This document shows positions 54,816 to 64,000 of a DNA stretch of 64,000 nt, piece by piece. Origin of the DNA: Eledone cirrhosa (taxonomy: Eukaryota); the NCBI GenBank assembly GCA_964016885.1, contig OZ024742.1, positions 202,740,001 through 202,804,000 on the forward strand. Direction: 5' to 3'. The notes beneath the pieces were generated by a model, which ran no database searches, had not been told where the DNA came from, and saw only the letters and a list, made by a program, of their open reading frames with translations. The position numbers and the translations under genes are program-made. Positions within the stretch are counted from its first letter, which is position 1; each line of letters starts with the position of its first letter.

Positions 54816-55238
54816 CTCAAACTAGGAAATCTTTCTTTTCTGTTTAAATCATTGCCATGTTTATACTGTAAGATGAGTATTTTACACCCACACCACCCAC
54901 ACCACCATATTTTCCCTCACTGCAAGACCCACTCCCATCACATGCCCACTCCTTACCCAAACCTTAAAATTCCTGCACTCTTACCTAACAAATCTTGGTG
55001 ATGTGGGCTATGGTGGTGGTGGTGGTGGTGGGGTGTGGAAGGGGTGGTAATAAAGGGCTGGGGGATGATAAGTTATTAGATATTTCAACAAAAAGAAAAG
55101 CCTCACAGACACACACGCACACACACACATGCTTATACACATGCCCTCATAATACATATGCATACACACTTACATATATATATATATATATATCTATCTA
55201 TCTATTATCTCTCTCTCAATATATATATATATATATAG

Positions 55239-55269
<31 letters not shown>

Positions 55270-56044
55270 TATATATATATGTATAAAAATAGACATGCAT
55301 ATAAATGCACTCACTATGTGTATATGTGTGTAGATAAAAGCTTCACTGCTCAATAATTCCCCTCCATTCTCTGTTGCCTACCAACAACCCAATCACCAAG
55401 CAACCAATCCTCACCCCTGGGTTTGAATGTTTTATAGAGATCAGCAATACATGAATCTGTAGAAGATCACGCCACCTAGCTTTGACTTTGAAGGCAGTCG
55501 ATTAACTGCCCTTAGTTCTGATGTCACGTTCTGATGTCAGTAGCTGAATACACACTCTTCGAATTTGTCTCTCGAGGAGACTAGACGCGTTTCACTGTTG
55601 CGAAGCAGCGATATTGCACCATGCGGTCATGGGATATTTGAACACCGCCACTTAATGATAATTATGAATTACCAATCAAAGAGCAACTGATATGATAACC
55701 TGTTATGTTTATTGCTCTGATTAAAATGCTCATGTACATATAATCTTGAGGGATGTTCTTTTTGTTTAATTGTTTACCTACACCTAACAACAAATAGAAG
55801 AGATGTTCTAGCAGCCAAGCTAGGGAAACGAACTCCCCTCTAAATCGTAAAACAACCCAGCCTTCTAAAATGGTGACCCTGTTATGTCATTTTCAAAAAT
55901 ATATATATTTACACTAACTTGACATACATTTCATACACAGAAACACACACACACCACCAGACACAGACATTCACACACAAATATTCACTCACAGACACAC
56001 GCAAACATATTCACACAAACACGTGTGTGTAAATGTCTGTCTGC

Positions 56045-56173
<129 letters not shown>

Positions 56174-56618
56174 CACATATATGGAGGCACATGGCTTAGT
56201 GTTTAGAGCATTGGCCTTGCAATCGAAAGGTTGTGAGTTCAATTCTCAGACCGGGTGATGTGTTGTTTCCTTGAGCAAGACACTTTATTTTTCACATTGC
56301 TCCAGTTTACTCAGCTGTAGAAATGAGATGATAGGGACTGGGGTCCCTATCATTCCACTGCAAAGTATTCGTGGAGGTGTCACGGCAAAAAAGCACCCAG
56401 CACTCACTGTAAATGAGGTTGGTGTTAGGAAGGGCATCCAGCTGTAGAAATCAAGCCAGAATTAGTTCTCGTCCCACCCTTGCAAGCAGGGAAAAGCGGA
56501 CGTAAAATGATGATGATGATGATGATGATATATATATAATTCAGAATAATAATAAATGAATAATTGACTGCCAATACTGGAATTGAACTATCAAGACAGT
56601 TGAGTTATACATCAATTC

Positions 56619-56688
56619 ATGTATTTTATCTGATGAGGACGTACTGAAAAAACAACACAGTACCTTCGAAATATATATAATAAAACAT
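56619..56688 (+). ncRNA. Type I hammerhead ribozyme
   Basis: atgtattttat-CTGATGA-ggacgtactg(...)cagtaccttc-GAAA-tatata-TA-ataaaacat. Confidence 0.82.
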
Positions 56689-56952
56689 ATATTTTGATTA
56701 TGTCAATGTCTTCATTTAGTATTATTCTGAATAATAATAACTCCAGAAATCTTTACTGTAGAGTGCTTTTAATCTATTGTAAAACTATATTCAGTGAGTA
56801 ATCAATGAACCATATTAATCTTTGGTTATATATATATATATATATCCCATGCTAATGTAGGGAAAAATGGGCATTAAATGGTGATGATGATGATATCCTT
56901 GGAAAGGCTTGCTGAACACACAAGCTGAAACCACTTAGCACGGAATTTTACA

Positions 56953-56996
<44 letters not shown>

Positions 56997-57609
56997 TAAT
57001 CATCATCATCATCTTACGTCTGCTTTACCCTGCTTGCAAGAGTGGGATGGGTATTATTAAGCACAGCATCTCTCCATTCACCACAGACTTTTGCCATCCC
57101 CTCCGTGTGCTTCAGCGATCTGAGGTCTGCTCTTACCACCTCCGCCCATGTTTTTCGTGGTCTTTCTCAACTGCGTCTTCTTTCTACTAGCATTTCTTGG
57201 CACTTCTTTACCCAGTGGTCATCCACCATGAGCATCACATGTCCATACCAAAGCAGTCCCCCCCCCCCCCCATGCACATTACAGCCTATCCCTCTTATAC
57301 ACAGTTTCTCTCTCAACTCGTCTATTGCTTGGTCATTCATTTCATGCACATTGACATTGCACATCCAATGGAGCATGCTTGCTTCATTTCTCACCAGCCG
57401 TCGCATATCTTCCACAGTTGCTGTCCATGTCTCACTACCATGTAGCATCGCGCATCTCATACAGGCATGATATAACCGGCCTTTTTGTTCATAGGAAGAA
57501 ACCCTTCTTTGTCAACAGAGGAAGCAGCTCCCTAAACTTCTTCAAACCCATCCTTATTCTGGATACTATGGCCTCGAAACAGGTTTGATGTGATTTTTGT
57601 TGTGTTAAC

Positions 57610-57698
57610 ACTGGTCTGAGGATCAGGAAGACTTGGAGTCTGGTCTGGGATGACCCCAGATCACAAGCCAGCTGCCTGGAAAACATTTGTAACTGAGT
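57610..57698 (+). ncRNA. Hammerhead-like motif with long branched stem II
   Basis: actggt-CTGAGGA-tcagg...cctgg-AAAA-catttg-TA-actgagt, then AATAAA and a tail shared with the palindrome at 33375-33425. Confidence 0.55.
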
Positions 57699-58572
57699 TG
57701 AGCAATAAATCTCATATGTAACACCTCCATTTTGTTCTTACTATATATATATATAGATAGATATATAGATAGATAGATAGATATGGATTGTATCATTGAG
57801 CAAGACACTTTATTTCCAGTTCACTCAGCTGTAAAAATGAGTTGCGACATCAGTGGTGCCAAGATATATCAACATTTACCTTTCTCTTAGACAACAATAG
57901 TGTGTGGAAAAAGTAGACAGGTATGCATGGGTAACTACTGGTCTTCCACAAAACACCTTACCCAGACTTGTGCCTCAAAGTGGAACTTTCTAGTTGCAAA
58001 ACCCATGGTCATTCATGACTGAAGGGATTCTTTACTTTTTATACACACACACATATATTTAATAAAATAATAGATTAAAGTTTAAGCAAAGAATCTATAC
58101 CAGTAATATGCAAACAAAACAACAATAAAAAAAATGTATTGGGGTTGATATGATCAACTAAAATCTCTTCAGAAGATCCCATTAGGGGTAAACGCAGCGA
58201 TTCTTTGCTTAAACTTTAATCTGTTATTCTAATAAATATCTGCTCTATGGTTTTTATATATTTGATATATATATTATCCTTATCAAGCCCTCTTCGGATT
58301 TTAGTCTTCACATTTATTATTATTACTATTTATATATATTCCAGACCCATGCCAGCATGGAAGATGGACGTTAAACGATGATGATGATATATATATATAT
58401 ACATATATACATATATATGTATATATATGAGCCCTCTGCCGCTCATTTCGAATTTTGTTTATCGTGAACTCGTGCGCCGATTTTTCGATACTCGATCATT
58501 CTAATATATATATATATATATATATATTAAAATATAAGTATTAATAAAATAGATGTTCTTTTGATCAATTAC

Positions 58573-58625
58573 ATTTTATTATACATATTTCGGATGTACA
58601 ACAGTACGTCCTCATCAGACAAAAT
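58573..58625 (-). ncRNA. Type I hammerhead ribozyme (same family as 56619)
   Basis: Minus strand: attttgt-CTGATGA-ggacgtac(tgtt)gtacatcc-GAAA-tatgta-TA-ataaaat. Confidence 0.82.
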
Positions 58626-59425
58626 AGAATGATACATGACATACCCTGAGATGTTAAATGGTTAAGATTTAATCAAGGTAGTGATTAACCCAAGAGAAAA
58701 TTTTACTTATATAGCCTATTTATGAGAAAATGCGAAAACGTAATAAATTCATTAGAGAATGTGTGAGTAATAAAAAAAGTTTCATACTTGCATACTGTAA
58801 CAGTTTTAAAAGTTTTAAAGTGTATGATACTACGATATATCTAGGAAAACGTCTCATGAATCATAACAGCCAGTGATAGCCACTGGAAAAGGATTTATAA
58901 AGAGGGAAAAATAAATGTTGAGTGCTTCCAATCTACTGTAAAACTCATTCTTTGACATAATCAATATTGTTTAACACTTTAATACATATATATATATATA
59001 TATACATATATACATATATATATATACATATGCATGGTAGTGAGACATGGGCAGCAATGCAGAGGACATGCGACGGCAGGAGAGAAATGAAGCAAGTATG
59101 CTCCATTGGATGTGCAATGTCAATGTGTGTGAACGACCAAGCATAGACGAGTTGAGAAAGAAACTGGGTATAAGAGGGATAAGTTGTGATGTGCAGGAGA
59201 GAAGGCTGAAATGGTATGGACATGTGATGCGTATGGAGGATGATATGGTAGAGGTAGATCACAAAAAACATGGGCGAGGTGGTGAGAGCAGACCTCAGAT
59301 CGCTGAAATTCACCAAGGAGATGACGAAGACCATGACAAGTGGAGAGATGCTGTGCTGAATAGGACCCGTCCAACCCTTGTAAGCAAGGAAAAGCGGACG
59401 TAAAATGATAATGATGATGATGATG

Positions 59426-59492
<67 letters not shown>

Positions 59493-59958
59493 CAACATAT
59501 TATTAAATGGAAACTATATTTATAAAACCATAATTATTTTATTATATATATTTCAAGAGCAACCAAGGCAGTTTTGGTGCACTTTCATCAGATAAAATAC
59601 AAAATTTGTTATATAAATGTTGACATACCCGTAGAAAAACAACCTTGACAGTTGAAGGTTTGCTCCAGTTATAAAAGTTTTAAGCTTCTTGAATCCCAAC
59701 AAATTAAATATAACTTCTGCACATATATATATACATATATATATATATAAACACATATATATACATATATATATACACACACATATATATACATATATAT
59801 ATATACACATATATATATGCATATATATATACATGCATATATAAATATACTTGACCTGCTGCAAAATCAAAACAAGATATTTTTGCGAGCAATGAACCTT
59901 GATGTGGATTTAACCCCAAAAACACTTTCCGAGCAATATAAGGAACACTTGTGATTAT

Positions 59959-60005
59959 TTATGCCCTTGAGAAGCCCAACTGGGCGAAACGTACATAGGT
60001 GATAA
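59959..60005 (+). ncRNA. Hammerhead ribozyme, U3-A8 core variant
   Basis: TTGAGAA-gccc(aact)gggc-GAAA-cgtaca-TA-ggtgataa, followed by AATAAA and a short tail into (TA)n. Stem I is imperfect. Confidence 0.6.
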
Positions 60006-60058
60006 TTTAAATAAACATGTTTTAACGGTCTATTCACCGATTTTTTTACTTTCCCACG

Positions 60059-62876
<2,818 letters not shown>

Positions 62877-63128
62877 AATGAAAGGTATAGAAAACACTGC
62901 AGCGAAAATCGAACAGCATTCCATAGTATATAAGTGACTATAGCGTCAAAATGGGAAAAATAGTTAACGTAAGATGTGGGAAAAATAATTTAAACTCATC
63001 TTAAAGAGAATCAGGATATAAATTCATCCACAGAATTTAGTGAAATCCAGGGAAAAATCAATAGAGCCGTAACTCATTATAAAATAAAGTTCAAGATACC
63101 TATCCTTCAATTTGGAAAAACTTCAAAT

Positions 63129-63206
63129 GCTCTGTATAGTTGTAAGACTATTTCATGAAAACTTTCAGTGGAGATGGTCACGGTTGGAGTTCATCATCAG
63201 CAGAGC
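63129..63206 (-). ncRNA. Type I hammerhead ribozyme with a hairpin stem III
   Basis: Minus strand: gctctg-CTGATGA-tgaa...ttcat-GAAA-tagt(cttaca)acta-TA-cagagc. Perfect 6-bp stem I and 5-bp stem III; one extra base at the stem II junction. Confidence 0.72.
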
Positions 63207-63689
63207 TCAACTCGATAGCCAGGATTCTCGCAGATTAAGTATATATATATATATATATGTGTATATATATATATATGTATATATATAGAAGGTGAGTAAT
63301 ATTGTAGAACAATAAAACTATGCATATACAGATATGTAGCACTCAACAGTTGGTAGAACTGGAGTATATATGATGATTTTGTATTCGAAATACGTATAAT
63401 AAAATATATGGAACTATTATAACCATCTATATTTCATCTTTATTATATGTATATATATATATATATAATTAAGTCAAAGATGTACATCCATATATGTATA
63501 CTGAAATACTAGTATGTATATGAATACACACACGTATACATATGTAGATGTACCAAGTTTTTTTCACTGATCACTTTACTGTGAGTGGCCAGCTATTCTG
63601 TATGTAAACACACAGACAAACCGGTTTTTAGAGTCATACTGGTTTTTGAGGAAACACCTTTCCTCTATTCTCCAGAAAGCCAGGCAAGG

Positions 63690-63734
63690 AATATTGAACT
63701 AGTTTCGTTGTTGTTACAACTCATCAGCAATATT
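63690..63734 (-). ncRNA. Type I hammerhead ribozyme (intact), left arm of palindrome
   Basis: Exact reverse complement of 63821-63865. Confidence 0.9.
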
Positions 63735-63820
63735 TACCTATCTTCCGGCCTCTCTAGAGAATCGTAAAAGCACATATCGCTATATGCTTTTTCTATGAAA
63801 GAGAGGCCGGAAGATAGGTA

Positions 63821-63865
63821 AATATTGCTGATGAGTTGTAACAACAACGAAACTAGTTCAATATT
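63821..63865 (+). ncRNA. Type I hammerhead ribozyme (intact), right arm of palindrome
   Basis: aatattg-CTGATGA-gttgt(aaca)acaac-GAAA-ctag-TT-caatatt: 7-bp stem I, 5-bp stem II, palindromic stem III ACTAGT. Confidence 0.9.
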
Positions 63866-64000
63866 CCTTGCCTGGCTTTCTGGAGAATAGAGGAAAGGTG
63901 TTTCCTCAAAAACCAGTATGACTCTAAAAACCGGTTTGTCTGTGTGTTTACATACAGAATAGCTGGCCACTCACAGTAAAGTGATCAGTGAAAAAAACTT

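Larger units (their letters stand above)
63555..64000. mobile_element. Perfect palindromic hammerhead-bearing element (runs off the window end)
   Basis: 63555-63755 is the exact reverse complement of 63800-64000; 44-bp spacer. Confidence 0.9.

Noticed and set aside
63585-63970. Two identical-start 60-78-aa ORFs
   Set aside because: Mirror products of the palindrome, with no protein features.

Overview
AT-rich, microsatellite-dense animal genomic DNA, most likely an octopus (inferred from the SINE types, RTE/Penelope content and huge (TA)n/(TACA)n tracts). The only host gene I can support is a minus-strand non-alpha (beta1-like), cation-type nicotinic acetylcholine receptor subunit. Three of its exons are here (38605-38496, 35786-34790, 16169-15984), with canonical splice sites and consistent phases; I could not find the 5' exons. 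The rest is transposon-derived: tRNA-SINEs, RTE, R4/Dong and CR1/L2 LINE remnants, piggyBac, mariner and hAT MITEs, Helitron-like elements and Penelope-like (GIY-YIG) remnants. The main signal is a dense population of type I hammerhead ribozymes: about 5 loci with intact core and stems plus about 10 variant or degenerate ones, from several unrelated families. Many sit in head-to-head fold-back elements with inverted repeats of 19 bp to ~700 bp embedded in (TA)n, including a perfect 201-bp-arm palindrome carrying two intact ribozymes. Almost all YI/IY-rich ORFs in the track are microsatellite artefacts.
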